A stretch of 64,000 nt of DNA, taken from positions 3,038,001 through 3,102,000 of the forward strand of contig JBHGNT010000002.1 of assembly GCA_043228905.1 (NCBI GenBank), given 5' to 3'. This document shows positions 1-12,265 of this stretch, in pieces (within the stretch, counting starts at the first letter, position 1; each line of letters opens with the position of its first letter). The position numbers and the translations under genes are program-made. The DNA comes from Azolla caroliniana (taxonomy: Eukaryota > Plantae > Polypodiophyta). The notes under the pieces were generated by a model. It did no database searches. It was not told the DNA's origin and was given only the letters and a program-made list of their open reading frames with translations.

Positions 1-607
1 TTTATTGCTAAAGAAAATGAGAACATGGCTTAGCGCTACCTAGCTTGCATCCATCAAATGTTTATCAACTAAAAACGAATTGATGGCGTAAAAAAGATAA
101 CAATATAAAGGTAATGTATGTGAACTATTCATGGCTTATTAGCCAAGGGCATTTGAAACTGTTGCGACATTTTAAACTATATGTTATGTCCATGGCACTG
201 TCATAAAAAATACACTTGTCACCTTTATAGATTCATGAAATGTTTGTGCTACTTTGAGATTCATCAAATGCAGTACATATTCATCACATATCCATGTTTT
301 TGTGAATCTATCAGTTCAATCAAAGGAAGATTTAATTACCAAGTTCATGAGGAGAGGTTGAGTTTTCAAAATAGCATGCTTGAGCCAAAATGTTTAGAGC
401 CAATAATTCGAAATATAATATAAAGTCATTTAGAGCCTTGCACTTTGCCTCTACATAGCCGATCATAAATATTAAAAAAGACAAACTTCCCTAGGATATA
501 TCGTAAAGCATGGAAGCACTATCTTGCTTGTTAGTCCTTTAATTGTTGGTCGAGTAATTGAGTTAAAGGCATTCATCCTAGACTAGGTGGATAACAACAT
601 CTTAGAA

Positions 608-960
608 TGTTAAACCTAATATGTAAAACGCACATAACTATTCAATGTTTCAACATTTAGAGAAACATGTAATAACATATTTCCAATGAATGTGAGTGAA
701 CATAGAAAATGATATTAGAGTTCAATAGGGCAACAATCACTGCCAACTAGCCAATATGGAGGTTGGCATGGTTTTATATTCATTTGCCTAATGTTATACT
801 TTGCCTTAAAACTATTTTATAGATTACTCTATAGAATCGACTCCTATCCGCATACATTTGATCCTAGGGTAAATCTCCAAGTAAATGTATGCATTTGTCG
901 CCTAGGTTCATTGGTCTATGATAGAGCTAATGTCCTAACATTACCGCCCTCCCCCTTTTG
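608..960 (-). mobile_element. Remnant of an old gypsy-type LTR retrotransposon: PPT (941-960) and probable 3' LTR (about 608-940)
   Basis: The minus strand reads AAAAGGGGGAGGGCGGTAA then TGTTAGGACA at 940, with a possible LTR end ...GGTTTAACA at 608. The upstream 960-2300 region is a heavily decayed, stop-ridden frame with no recognisable domain. The LTR end is uncertain and no partner LTR or TSD was seen. Confidence 0.35.
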
Positions 961-3684
961 AAAAAGTTTTCATCATAAAAAGGAACACATGATACTTCAT
1001 ACGTTCTCATCAATGTTTCTTCTTGGACAAATATGCCAATTTGCCAAAATTTTCGTTTCAACCTATGCCATTTTTGTTTGCATACTTCCTACAGTGGTCT
1101 TGCTTGCCATTCAAATGTACACTTTCACAAAACTATTCCCCAACCAAATCTTTGGCTATTCTCATTTGCTAACTTGACTACCGCTAAAGCATTTCATTGA
1201 AACTCATAAAAAGAAACATGAATGGACTAAATCCAATCTAAACATGATTGTATTATTGTAAGAGGGTCCAGTATGACCCTCACAACCAATAGGTTGTAAG
1301 GCAAAAAACCTTTTTCTAGTACTTAATTAACCCTCTCCATCTACTCATCGAGTCCAACGTGCTAATTATTGGCAAGATTAAGTAGTATAACCAAATTGTT
1401 TTAAACATTCCCCTCCAAAAGTGACTCTGAAAAGTTTGATTACATAACTTAAAACATTGTTTGGTAGCGTAGTCCATACGTAACATATATTCTCCAAGAG
1501 TATGTATGATTTGTGAAAAGAGATGTTAAAATAGGGGGAAATGTTTGGAAAAAATGATGTTTTCACTAATATAAACATGTGAGTGTGTATTGAGCATCAG
1601 ATTATGGGAGAGGAAACGAGAACAAGGGAGTAGAGAACTGTTCGAGCAACAAAACGTTTTGTAGGAACTTCATAGGATTTTAAGAAAAATTCCGTGGAAG
1701 TTTTTATTTGAAGAGATATGTAGTGAGAGTATTGGCCATTGTTGAGGGAGTGGAATAAGGGGGTATTTTGCATTGACATCCAAGAGACTTGCCATCATTC
1801 ATCAAGGTTGGCGGGAGATGATTTCTATCTAACAAACTAAATCATTTGACTCAATTCATCTTATCTACGCATTGTTTAGATTTTCAGCTACCATTTCTAA
1901 CAATCTCTTGAACATTCTAAGAGCTTGTAATTATATACTTCATTTTCTCGAACCTCAACAAAATGTTCTTTACAACAATAATTGCAAGGATCTTAACTTG
2001 AAAATATCTAATGCATAACATATCTCAATACAATGCGTGCACATTAAATTGCATATAGTCGAATATGCTAACACTTACCACCTCATATCTTCTTATTGAT
2101 CTCTGAGAAATGAATGCCAATGCATGCTACCACATTATCTCAAACTCAAACATTTGCTTCTTATTAACGAATGACAAATGAATAACAATGCTTGCTAGCA
2201 CATTATCAAAATTCTTGAAATATTCTCGTTTAGAATTATGCTCTCTAAAGATCTCAAACTTTCAAGATTTCAAGTAATGAAAAATACTAAAATTGATGCT
2301 CTTATCTTAAAAACGGCATGCCAAGCAAGCATCATTCTTATGGGTTTGTTTTGTATGTGAGGACAATGCAGATGGATATAATCATGGCCCAACTCATGAT
2401 AGGAAGGCAAACTCATGTCGTATAAATTGGTCTCATGATAGATAAATTGAGACCTCATGATAGATAATCTCATGAAAGAGAGAAAAATTCATGAAAAGAG
2501 GATTTCTTTATCTTTATCTTTATCTCCATCTCATATCATGCCCATGCTTCCTTCATCTCCATCTCCATCTCTATCTCATGTCATGCCATGCCTTCTTTGT
2601 ACCTCCAACTCCATCCCATGTCAAGCCATGCTTCATCTCCATCTCCATCTTATTTAGCAACAACTAATGAAGTACATACAATTGGAAAGATGAGATAGGA
2701 GAAGATGTGGCGACATTGAGACATGGAGGGATGAAAAAGAGTAATGTAGGGGTTGTTCACATGTAAAGTATGCAAGGGTAGGAGTGTGCGATGGCGGGAC
2801 AGGGTTTAAGGTTGCAGAGATTGCTCCAAATGCAGAAAATCGAGACGAAGCTCCTCTCCTCAAGTGCCAGGTATGTCTCATCCATTAAGGTGTAGGGTAG
2901 GAGTAGGGTACACAGAAATATAGGAACATGTGGGCAAAGGTTCCAACAATGGGAGTTAAAGCATCAATGACGGCAATTGAGGTAACAACGGCAAGGGTGC
3001 CCGCCGTGAGGTCCGTGGAATCAAGGTACACATTGCAAGGTAGGAACAGGGATAGGGAGACGCATCAGGTGGCAAATGGGGGGCGTAGGAAAGTAGACGA
3101 GATGTTGAAGGAAACATGGCAACACATTATTGGCGGAGATAAGGGGATAAGTAAGGAATCAATCAATCAATCAGACAAGGTGGGTTGGATGGAAGAGGAT
3201 GATAGGGATCCTCTCAGCAACAAGACGACAACAGTCTTCACCGTTGAATGCTCAGAGGATTCGAGAGTGTGGGGAGTGCCAGAGGTTTGGAATAAAGAGG
3301 TTGGAAAGCAAACGACTTGGGGGGATAATTTCACCCATGCATTATGGCAAGTGATGAGTGAGGGGAGGCTGTGGGGGCTGTCGAATACAAGTGTATAATG
3401 GACGTATTCACACTATCCCTTTGTATAGCTCAAGTTTGGGCCATTTGTGTAATTAGCATAAATAGTAGTTGCCCTAAGTTTGTCACTATATAAAGTGACC
3501 TAGTAACCTTTTTGTAAGGTTGGTTGTATTATTGTTTCTATTGAATAGAAAGAGTCTTTTGTGCCTCCTCTCTCTCTCTCTCTCTCTATCTCTGTGCACG
3601 ATCTCAGAAACTGTCATACGCAGGTACTCAACCCCAATCGAATGCTACTTGATCTTCTGCATTGACGGCCCTATCTCCAACATC

Positions 3685-3697
3685 TGGTATCAGAGCC
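3685..3697 (+). promoter_or_regulatory. PBS of Copia A (tRNA-iMet)
   Basis: TGGTATCAGAGCC lies 2 nt after the LTR-terminal CA. Confidence 0.93.
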
Positions 3698-3799
3698 TGC
3701 ACAGTACTCGGTTCCTCAACCCGCTGTCGGCCGTCGTCTCAGCCTGCACAGTACTCGGTTCCTCAACCCGCTGTCGGCCGTCGTCTCAGCCTGCACAGC
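3694..3799 (+). repeat. 47-bp tandem repeat (2.3 copies) in the Copia A leader
   Basis: AGCCTGCACAGTACTCGGTTCCTCAACCCGCTGTCGGCCGTCGTCTC occurs at 3694 and 3741, with a partial copy at 3788. Confidence 0.9.
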
Positions 3800-4274
3800 A
3801 TTCGGTTTCCTGCGTCATTCGAAGAAAAAGAGAAGAAAGTAGGCAAACACAAGCTTGAATCTCGCTGCGTTAGATCATCACTCGGAGTAAACCAGTCGGC
3901 TGTACTCTACTTCCTTGATCGTAACTGCTTGAGGTGGGCTTCCTGCACAACGACGACTTCAAGGACAACCCCAGTTCGTGTTTCATTCGATTGGACAATA
4001 ATCGGAAGGACCAGTCGGTTCCATTGCTCTCACCGTTGCAGTCAACCGAAACCGAATCGGCTTGAAGTACTGTCGGATCGTTAAATCTAGGTTCAACTCG
4101 ACTAAGACAGTTGTCGGTAGTCAATCCGAACCAAATCCCCGATTCTCCGTAATCGACATCACTTGTGTCCAACTTCGGCTAGAACGACACTGAGTGGGCC
4201 AAACCGCTGCACTTCACCAAAGTTCGTAGCCGACTTAGGGCAGAGTCATCACATCAACATCCGGCTCGTCAGAA

Positions 4275-7200
4275 ATGAGTCTACGAAAGTTCGATGGATC
4301 GAACTTCAACTTCTGGAAGGAGCAAATGCAGGACTATCTCATAGTCAAGGGGCAAATCGATCCCATCGAAAATGAAGAACCTCCAGAAGGATACAAACCA
4401 ATTGAGTGGCAGAAGCTGGACAGAATCGTCCGCGCCACGATTCGGATGCACCTATCGGAATCGGTATACTTTACGGTGCAATCGTGTACGACAACATTCG
4501 AACTGTGGAAAACACTGTCGGACACCTACGAAAAGAAGGTCGCTGCAACAAAGATGTTTCTGATCCGGCGCCTCTACAACTTGCGGATGAAAGAATCAGA
4601 TTCGGTTCAAACACATCTCAATGAGTACGAAAGCATAAGCTCCCAAATCTCATCTCAGGGGACGGCAATCGAGGATGAACTCAGAGCAATGATACTCATG
4701 AGCAGCCTTCCCTCATCATGGGAAACTTTCGTCACAACCGTGTGCAACGCGTCAACCACGGCTGTTAAATACTCCGAAGTCACGAGCGCAATCCTGACCG
4801 AAGCAGCTCGGAGAAAGTCTTTCGCCAAAGACTCAACAGACGACGCTTATGTAGTACAAGGTTCGACAGAACGATCGAACATACGAGGAAGAGATTCCTC
4901 ACGGCAGCCGAACAATCAGCGAAGACGGAGCCAGTCACGGGATAATCGAATCTGCAACTATTGCAAGAAACCCGGACACATCAAAGCCGACTGCCGCGCA
5001 CTCAAGAACAAGAACGATAAGTCTCAGAAATCAGACAAGAAGAGTGGCCGGCATGAGGAGATCAATTACGTCAGCTTCTCAGCTGATGTGCTACCAAACG
5101 ACCCAAATATACTATCAATCGAAAATCCAGTCGGATCAGAAGTTCTGCTCACGACTGAAGAATCGAGCACATGGCTCTTAGATTCGGGCGCGTCATTTCA
5201 CGTGACTCCTCATCGATCCCAATTTCGGCAATATACGATCCGTCACTCCGACTCAGTTCGAGTCGGCAACTCGCAACACTGTGACATCATTGGAATCGGC
5301 ACAATAGAGCTCAACCTTGCAGGTGGCTCTACACTTGTACTTCACAATGTCCGACATGTACCCGAGCTCTCAAGGCCATTGATCTCAGTCGGACAACTAG
5401 ATGAAGACGGCATTCGTGCCGGTTTTTCTTCGGGAGGGTGGACACTCCACAGGGGGAACCTCCTGCTTGCTAGAGGACCCAAGATACACTCACTGTATCC
5501 GTTACATGTTACGCTCAGAGAGGGTAACCTGTTTTTGGTGGATATTCCTGTGTCATCACTATGGCACAGAAGATTAGGACACCTCAGCAAGGCCGGCATT
5601 ACGCACCTATCTAGAGCCGGATACATCCCTAAACTCTCCTTCTCGGACCATCAATTCTGCGAACATTGCCAGTATGGCAAACAAGCAGCCGCATCACACC
5701 CGACATCAGCACCAAGAGAAACGAGACCTCTCGATTTAGTCCACTCGGACGTCTGTGGCCCAATGCCGCATCAGTCTCTCGGCGGTGCCTCTTACTTCGT
5801 CAGTTTTATTGACGATTCGACTCGAAAGGTGTGGGCTTATCCAATTCGCACCAAAGATCGTGTCTTCTCGATCTTCTCCGATTGGCTCGCTATGGTAGAA
5901 AATCAAACTGACCGAAAACTGAAATGCTTTCGGACCGACAATGGGGGAGAGTTCAAATCAGAAGAATTCGTCAAATTCTGCCGACAACGCGGCATCCGAC
6001 GTGAATTTACGGCACCACACAGTCCGGAGCAAAACGGGATTGCAGAACGCATGAATCGGACAATCCAAGAACGGATAGTTTCCATGCTCCAACACTCCGG
6101 ACTGTCGGATGGCTTCTGGGCAGAGGCTCTACTCACGGCAGTACACATAATCAATATGTCGCCAAGCAGACCTCTAGGACTTCAAATTCCTCAGGAACTA
6201 TGGATCGGCAGTAAGCCGAATTACGACAAGCTGAGGATCTTCGGATGCGAGGCGTACGCCCTTATTCCGAAAGATGATCGCCGAAAACTTGCACCTCGGT
6301 CCAGGAAATGCATTTTCCTTGGATATGGATCAGACGGCGAAATGGGATACCGACTCTGGGACCCCGAACGCAGACAAATCGTTCGAAGTTCGGACGTTGT
6401 GTTCAACGAGTCGGCTATGAATCCATCAGTCAAAACACCGATCGAAGTCCGAAGGGTAACATTTTCTGATGTGCCGACCCTTCAAGAAGGCCCCGCTCTT
6501 AACACACGGTCAGCTTCACGGGTAGCTGAACCTTCCACTACCGACTCGGACAACTCTGACTCGGCACAGCAGAATAATCCGCTTTCGGACCATCCGACCT
6601 CCATACCCGATACGACCAGTCCAATCATACCTCGACGATCCGAGAGACTGTCGCAACCTCCGGAGAGGTATTCTCCTGGAATTTTCTTCACCGACGCCGG
6701 CGAACCGACGTCTTACGAAGAAGCATCGACATCTGTCGATTCAGCCACCTGGCATCTGGCGATGGAGTCGGAAATGCACTCCATTCGGGCAAACAAGACT
6801 TGGGATCTGGTCGAATTACCTAAGAATCGACGTGCTCTTCCTTGCAAGTGGGTTTATCGACTAAAAGAGACGTCTGATTCGACCACCCCAAAGTACAAGG
6901 CCAGATTAGTTGCGAAGGGCTTCCGACAAGAATATGGCGTCGACTTCGACGAGATTTTTTCACCAGTGGTGAAAATGACAACCCTTCGTTTCCTACTCGG
7001 CGTAGTGGCAGCCGACAACTTGGAGCTGATTCAGCTAGATGTCAAAACAGCCTTCCTCCATGGTGATCTTGAAGAGGAAATTTATATGGAGCAGCCAAAA
7101 GGCTTCGTGGCAACTGGCCAAGAACATCTAGTCTGCCGACTCAGGAAGAGTCTATACGGCCTCAAACAGGCACCGCGACAATGGTACAAGAAGTTCGACG

Positions 7201-8279
7201 ACTTCATCCAATCGATCGGCTTCTCCAAAAGCGATGAGGACCATTGTCTTTTTACCAACACAGCTCAAGATGGATCACCCATCTTCCTCATCATTTACGT
7301 GGACGACATGCTAATTTCTGGACGCCACGCGGGCGAACTTGCCGATCTCATTCGGCAATTGCGGTTGAAGTTTGCCATGAAGGACCTCGGTCCGGCACGA
7401 CACATACTTGGCATGAAGATTAGTCGGTATCGCGATAAACGACATCTTTTTTTGTCTCAGACCGACTATATCGGACGTGTCTTGGAACGCTTCAACATGC
7501 AATCAGCCAAATCTGCCTCAACCCCGCTCCCCATGAATCTCCGGCTCTCTCAGCGAGACTGCCCGACATCCGGTCTGGAGGGGGAAGATATGAAGTCGGT
7601 ACCGTATGCACCGGCAGTCGGCTCCCTTATGTACCTGATGGTCGCGACACGGCCTGATATTTCTCATGCCGTAGGAGTCGTTAGCAGATTTATGCACAAT
7701 CCTGGCCGATCGCATTGGAACGCAGTCAAGCATGTGTTCAAATATCTGGCTGGCACAAAAGACCACGGCATTCTTTTCGGTCCGAACTCAACCTCAGGCG
7801 TAGTCGGTTACACCGACTCGGACTTCGCCGGCTGTATAGACAGTCGGAAATCAACAACTGGATACTGCTTCAAATTTGGCAATGGAGCAATTTCGTGGAA
7901 GTCGAAACTTCAGGAGTGCACAGCGACCTCAACGACCGAAGTAGAATATGTAGCTGCGTCCGACGTTGCAAAAGAAGCTTTGTGGCTCGGCCGGCTGGCG
8001 CACACGTTTCGACAAGTCGACCATGACTCGGCCCCAGTTGTCTATAGCGACAGTCAAGGTGCTGTTGCCTTGTCGAAAAATCCGGTTCACCACAACGCCT
8101 CCAAACATATCGACGTTCGATATCACTTCGTTCGGGACTGCGTCATTTCAGGGAAAATCGGTCTAGAGAAAATATCCACAACCGACAATGTCGCAGATGG
8201 AATGACCAAGTGTCTTTCGGCAGACCGCTTTCGGTCCCTTCGGCATCAGATGGGCATAACGACAAACCAGTCCGGTTAG
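4275..8279 (+). CDS. gag-pol: Copia Gag-PR-IN-RT-RH polyprotein (1334 aa)
   Basis: Motifs in copia order: knuckle CNYCKKPGHIKADC, protease WLLDSGAS, GAG-pre-integrase WHRRLGH, integrase VHSDVCGP/TDNGGEF/QNGIAER, RT QLDVKTAFLHG and YVDDML, RNase H YTDSDFAG/ADGMTK. Confidence 0.96.
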   Translation: MSLRKFDGSNFNFWKEQMQDYLIVKGQIDPIENEEPPEGYKPIEWQKLDRIVRATIRMHLSESVYFTVQSCTTTFELWKTLSDTYEKKVAATKMFLIRRLYNLRMKESDSVQTHLNEYESISSQISSQGTAIEDELRAMILMSSLPSSWETFVTTVCNASTTAVKYSEVTSAILTEAARRKSFAKDSTDDAYVVQGSTERSNIRGRDSSRQPNNQRRRSQSRDNRICNYCKKPGHIKADCRALKNKNDKSQKSDKKSGRHEEINYVSFSADVLPNDPNILSIENPVGSEVLLTTEESSTWLLDSGASFHVTPHRSQFRQYTIRHSDSVRVGNSQHCDIIGIGTIELNLAGGSTLVLHNVRHVPELSRPLISVGQLDEDGIRAGFSSGGWTLHRGNLLLARGPKIHSLYPLHVTLREGNLFLVDIPVSSLWHRRLGHLSKAGITHLSRAGYIPKLSFSDHQFCEHCQYGKQAAASHPTSAPRETRPLDLVHSDVCGPMPHQSLGGASYFVSFIDDSTRKVWAYPIRTKDRVFSIFSDWLAMVENQTDRKLKCFRTDNGGEFKSEEFVKFCRQRGIRREFTAPHSPEQNGIAERMNRTIQERIVSMLQHSGLSDGFWAEALLTAVHIINMSPSRPLGLQIPQELWIGSKPNYDKLRIFGCEAYALIPKDDRRKLAPRSRKCIFLGYGSDGEMGYRLWDPERRQIVRSSDVVFNESAMNPSVKTPIEVRRVTFSDVPTLQEGPALNTRSASRVAEPSTTDSDNSDSAQQNNPLSDHPTSIPDTTSPIIPRRSERLSQPPERYSPGIFFTDAGEPTSYEEASTSVDSATWHLAMESEMHSIRANKTWDLVELPKNRRALPCKWVYRLKETSDSTTPKYKARLVAKGFRQEYGVDFDEIFSPVVKMTTLRFLLGVVAADNLELIQLDVKTAFLHGDLEEEIYMEQPKGFVATGQEHLVCRLRKSLYGLKQAPRQWYKKFDDFIQSIGFSKSDEDHCLFTNTAQDGSPIFLIIYVDDMLISGRHAGELADLIRQLRLKFAMKDLGPARHILGMKISRYRDKRHLFLSQTDYIGRVLERFNMQSAKSASTPLPMNLRLSQRDCPTSGLEGEDMKSVPYAPAVGSLMYLMVATRPDISHAVGVVSRFMHNPGRSHWNAVKHVFKYLAGTKDHGILFGPNSTSGVVGYTDSDFAGCIDSRKSTTGYCFKFGNGAISWKSKLQECTATSTTEVEYVAASDVAKEALWLGRLAHTFRQVDHDSAPVVYSDSQGAVALSKNPVHHNASKHIDVRYHFVRDCVISGKIGLEKISTTDNVADGMTKCLSADRFRSLRHQMGITTNQSG

Positions 8280-8661
8280 AGCCGGACACAGCGCAGGATG
8301 GTTTCAGACAACCGACATCAGTTCCTTAATGATCGGCTTCAACTCTTCCGACCCGACCAGTCCGGCCTTCTGCCTTCGGACCCTGCCGACTCGAACAAAA
8401 CTGATATGTCCGAGAACCTAGGTTTATACCTGTAATCTTAGATAACCCATGTATACGCCCATTACGGGGGAGTGTCGAATACAAGTGTATAATGGATGTA
8501 TTCACACTATCCCTTTGTATAGCTCAAGTTTGGGCCATTTGTGTAATTAGCATAAATAGTAGTTGCCCTAAGTTTGTCACTATATAAAGTGACCTAGTAA
8601 CCTTTTTGTAAGGTTGGTTGTATTATTGTTTCTATTGAATAGAAAGAGTCTTTTGTGCCTC

Positions 8662-8693
<32 letters not shown>

Positions 8694-11600
8694 GTGCACG
8701 ATCTCAGAAACTGTCATACGCAGGTACTCAACCCCAATCAAATGCTACTTGATCTTCCGCATTGACGGCCCTGTCTCCAACAGGGGCAAGCAGGCGGATC
8801 ATCATAGGGGTTGGATGTTGATGTGGAGTTGGACGCCACAGAGAACATGTTGCAAGTAGAATGTCTTTTGAAGGATTCATGTGGTCAGGCGCATAATGCA
8901 TGCCCGAGAGGGGGTCATGATAAGGAAATGGACAGCAAGGAGGGCTCTGAGTTACTAGAGGTTTTTTTGTCCGAGGATGAAAGTAGAATTTTGAATGCGG
9001 AGATTGAAAGATTAAGGAAATGCTCGTTCATTTGTAAGCTACTTGGTGGTAGACCTAATAGAGGTATGGTTCGTGACATGCTACAAGTAGCTCTTATGGA
9101 TTGGTTTCCGCAAATACTAAATGTGCACAATATGGGTCGAAATTTCTTCCATGTTGAAGTGGTCGAGGGGAGTGATGTATCGCAGATTGTAGATATGAAA
9201 TTTGTAGAGCTCAAATATGGAAGAGCTCTTTTGTTGGAGTGGCATGTTAACTTCAATGCTATGGAGGAAGACAAGAAAATTGGTAACCCTCAGTGATTTC
9301 TATGATATTCCCAAATCTTCCTTGACAGTTATACCCCTTGATCCCGAAGATTGGGGATAAGATTGGCATAGTCTGTCCCTCAAAGGCAATGATGGTAGAT
9401 AAAATCAGGGACTACCCTAAGATTAGAGTGCTTGTGCAAATTTCGTCCAAACTCCCCCCTATAATCAGGGTTCATTGTGTGAAAGCGGGACTGATAGATG
9501 TAGCGGTGGAATATGAGGGCTTACCTAGACAATGTTTTTATTGTAAAAAGAAGGGCCACATTGCTAAGGAATGCCCTAGGAAGATCAACGGTAATGGGAG
9601 GGTGGGAAAGGACAAAGGGCAGGTTGCTAGGCACTAGAATATAGGGGTGAAATATCAAAACACCCTCAATGGGGCAGAGAAGGAGAAGGCTAATACAGAC
9701 GCTTGGACTATGGTTTTGGGACGAAAAAATTGCTTGCAGCAAGAAGGAAACAACAACTATGCCTCATGTAAGGTTGTGGAATAGCTTTGAGGCATTGTTG
9801 AAAGAGGAGGATTTGTTATAGGATCAAAGGTCAAATAATGTTGAAGAGGTGGTAGTGTGCACACCTGATGCCTTGCTTGGTAAGAGTGGAAGTATCAGAC
9901 TGAGAGCGGTGAAAGAATGGTTACGCCCTGGGAGGTGTCAAGAAAGCTCTCCAATCAGTTCCGAAACTCAGAAGTTGCATGAGACAAGACAAGTAATTAT
10001 AGGGGTAGATGTTCGAGTCCCGATCAAATTTGTTCAGTCCAAAAGATCAGTAAGGGATAGGTTCGACAAGGGGTGCAGGTTTAGCCAACAGGCTCTCAAG
10101 AGATTGATTAACTTGTGTCATGAGGAAGGCCCGAGGCTGAGGGTTTACGTGCTTGTCAATGAACGCAACAAGTTGCCAAATGCATGTTTATCTTTTGATC
10201 TGACAGACTTGGAGGTTTCAGCCAATAACATGGAATGGATCTCGAGTTCCATAACCAGTAGGGCGAACAAGTACTTTAACAATTTCCCATTGTTGATGGG
10301 TGGGGGATGGAGCCAAGATCGGCTCCACACCCCCTCCCAAGGGGGTGTTGGGAACGTTGTCTTCTAATGCATAACAAGATCAACACTCTTCTAGGATAAG
10401 ATCGTAAGTGGATGCAAGATCATAGCTTTGATGGTAGCAAAGATAGAAAAGTAAAAACAACTCGTATGCAAGAGAGAGAGTTAGAGTCAGGTAGGCATGA
10501 TGTCAATGAAGTTTATTAGAACTCTTTACAAAATGAGCAACCAACCCCATAACTGGGTTACGAAGTTAGTTTATATACTGACTAACTTAGGGCAACTGCC
10601 CTTCTCACTATTTACATAAATAGCTTAAGTCTAGTGTGTTCAAAAGGAGACAATGTGAATACATCCATTAGAAACCCGTATTCAACACTCCCCTGTAATG
10701 GGTGTATGCATCCGAAATCTGTAATCGAAATGAGTATATAATACAGATTGATATAAAGTTCCAAACAACAAAAGTTTGGTGTCCGAAGAGCATCCAGAGT
10801 GTCCGATTTAATCAAACTGATTCTTCATGTAAAGAATCAAGAGATGGATTCTTGTGAAGCGGAAGAGATATGAGTTATGTGTGTGTATGAGAGAGAGAGA
10901 GAGAGAGTGAGAGAGACAAGGAATAAGACGTAGAGAATACGCAAGGTAAGAGTATATTAACAAAGGAGAAAGACTCAACATTTTACAAGGTGGGAGGAGG
11001 GTGCTTTATATAGTCACCCTCTCTCTACTACATTAGCTACAAGACTCATGGAGCATGGGGAATGTGAAAGCTCATAAGTTATGTGTCATAGAATATGATT
11101 CTATGACTCATACTAAATGCTAGAATACAAAGTGGTGACATAGTGGTGACTCTTGACCGTTGGATTGTCTATTCACTCTCAAGGTGAGTTCACACACTAG
11201 ACCAAGTTGAGCTTGATTCTCAATACGCCCCCTCAAGCTCAAGTCGGGTCGGTTTTAGACGGTATCCAAAATACGCTTCGACTCGCTTTGATTTGTATTT
11301 ATGCGGAGTTGCGGAATCTGTGCTCCAGCTTGCGTTGTGCGTAGTTGCGAAGTCTGTGCTTCGGCTTGCGTCTTTCTTCGTGGCTTTGCGCGGTAGATCG
11401 GCTCTTCGCGGCTTTGTTGTGCGGTTGCGGAATCTACGCGTTGTCGTGAAGAAAACCGTCCATAAGCGGAATCGGCGCACCAAGGCGTGGGAACCGGTTC
11501 TTCACGCGCGCACGCTCCAAGTTGTACATAGAAGCGAATTAGGAGGATAATCGGCAGGAACGGGCCCTAGCACAAGTGGAGACAAAGACCGCGCAAACAG

Positions 11601-12225
11601 TCTTTTCGGTCGCGCGCGCGTGCTAAGGAACTGTACGAGTCGGCGGCGGATGCGTGAAGAACGGAGCGGATCCCTGTTCAAAAGGGACAGGGAATAAAGC
11701 TGACATGACGGCCTGCTCGTTGGCCTATATAAGGAGCAGGAAAGAGCTGTTGCAGGGATCTGGCGCAGAGAGGATGAAGTGCTGTCGGACCGTTTCTGGA
11801 CGCTTCTCTCTCTGTTCCCTTCCTTCTTGAGCTCCATAGCTTTCTGTGCAGGGTCCCGAGGAGGCTCGCGCTGTTTCGAGGAACGCCCGAGTGCTTCCGG
11901 CAGCACCTCCGACCTGCCGCCCCTTTGGCGTCGAAGCGAACAGGCATCGGCATCTGTTCGCCGGCCTGTCCGGTTGTAACCAGCCTGTGCCCCATCGAGG
12001 GTTGTAGTAGTGTTGGCCATTTTTGTTGATATACATATTTAGTCATTCGCATCTGTCTGTGTCGGTGTCTGTTCGCGTTCTCCGTGCTGAAGGGCCGTGT
12101 CCCTGTGTATCCCCGGTCCTGCGTAGCCGGTTCTCTCTCTTTCTCCTCCCTCGCTTGCTCTTTGGTTCGAGACCCCCGCGGTCCCGCCTCGTTTCCACAC
12201 GCACTTGCATAATATCTTGACATCT

Positions 12226-12242
12226 TGGTGAACCCGACGTGA
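12226..12242 (+). promoter_or_regulatory. PBS complementary to the 3' end of plant cytosolic tRNA-Trp
   Basis: TGGTGAACCCGACGTGA is the reverse complement of TCACGTCGGGTTCACCA (tRNA assignment from recall of plant tRNA-Trp). The same PBS occurs at 24707-24723, 26633-26649, 49872-49888 and 63324-63340 (1 mismatch). Confidence 0.85.
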
Positions 12243-12265
12243 AGGAGGCGGCAGAAGAGCAGAAG

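Larger units (their letters stand above)
3379..8782 (+). mobile_element. Full-length Ty1/copia LTR retrotransposon A, structurally intact
   Basis: LTRs at 3379-3682 and 8473-8782 (TG...CA; 4 transitions plus a (CT)n length change). TSD GGGGC at 3374-3378 and 8783-8787. PBS TGGTATCAGAGCC (tRNA-iMet) at 3685-3697. PPT GGGGGAG at 8466-8472. One uninterrupted ORF. Confidence 0.97.
2928..10345 (+). pseudogene. Degenerate LINE (L1-type) ORF1, DUF4283-like plus CCHC zinc knuckle; split by Copia A and cut by Copia B
   Basis: 8811-9296 has ICKLLGGRP...MGRNFFHVE...LLLEWH. After a frameshift near 9290 come FPNLP-QLYPLIPKIGDKIG and VEYEGLPRQCFYCKKKGHIAKEC (9338-9637), typical of plant L1 ORF1p. Removing Copia A and one TSD copy puts 2928-3378 in frame with 8788 onward (one TAG at 8805). 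Confidence 0.7.

Noticed and set aside
181-2881. Short ORFs in the AT-rich left flank as host genes
   Set aside because: No recognisable domains or exon structure. The region looks like decayed TE and low-complexity (CATCTC/CATGCC) sequence.
7935-7952. RNase H motif TEVEY instead of TEAEY in Copia A, B and K
   Set aside because: A single C>T transition explains each case, and three copies are too few to call it a functional variant.
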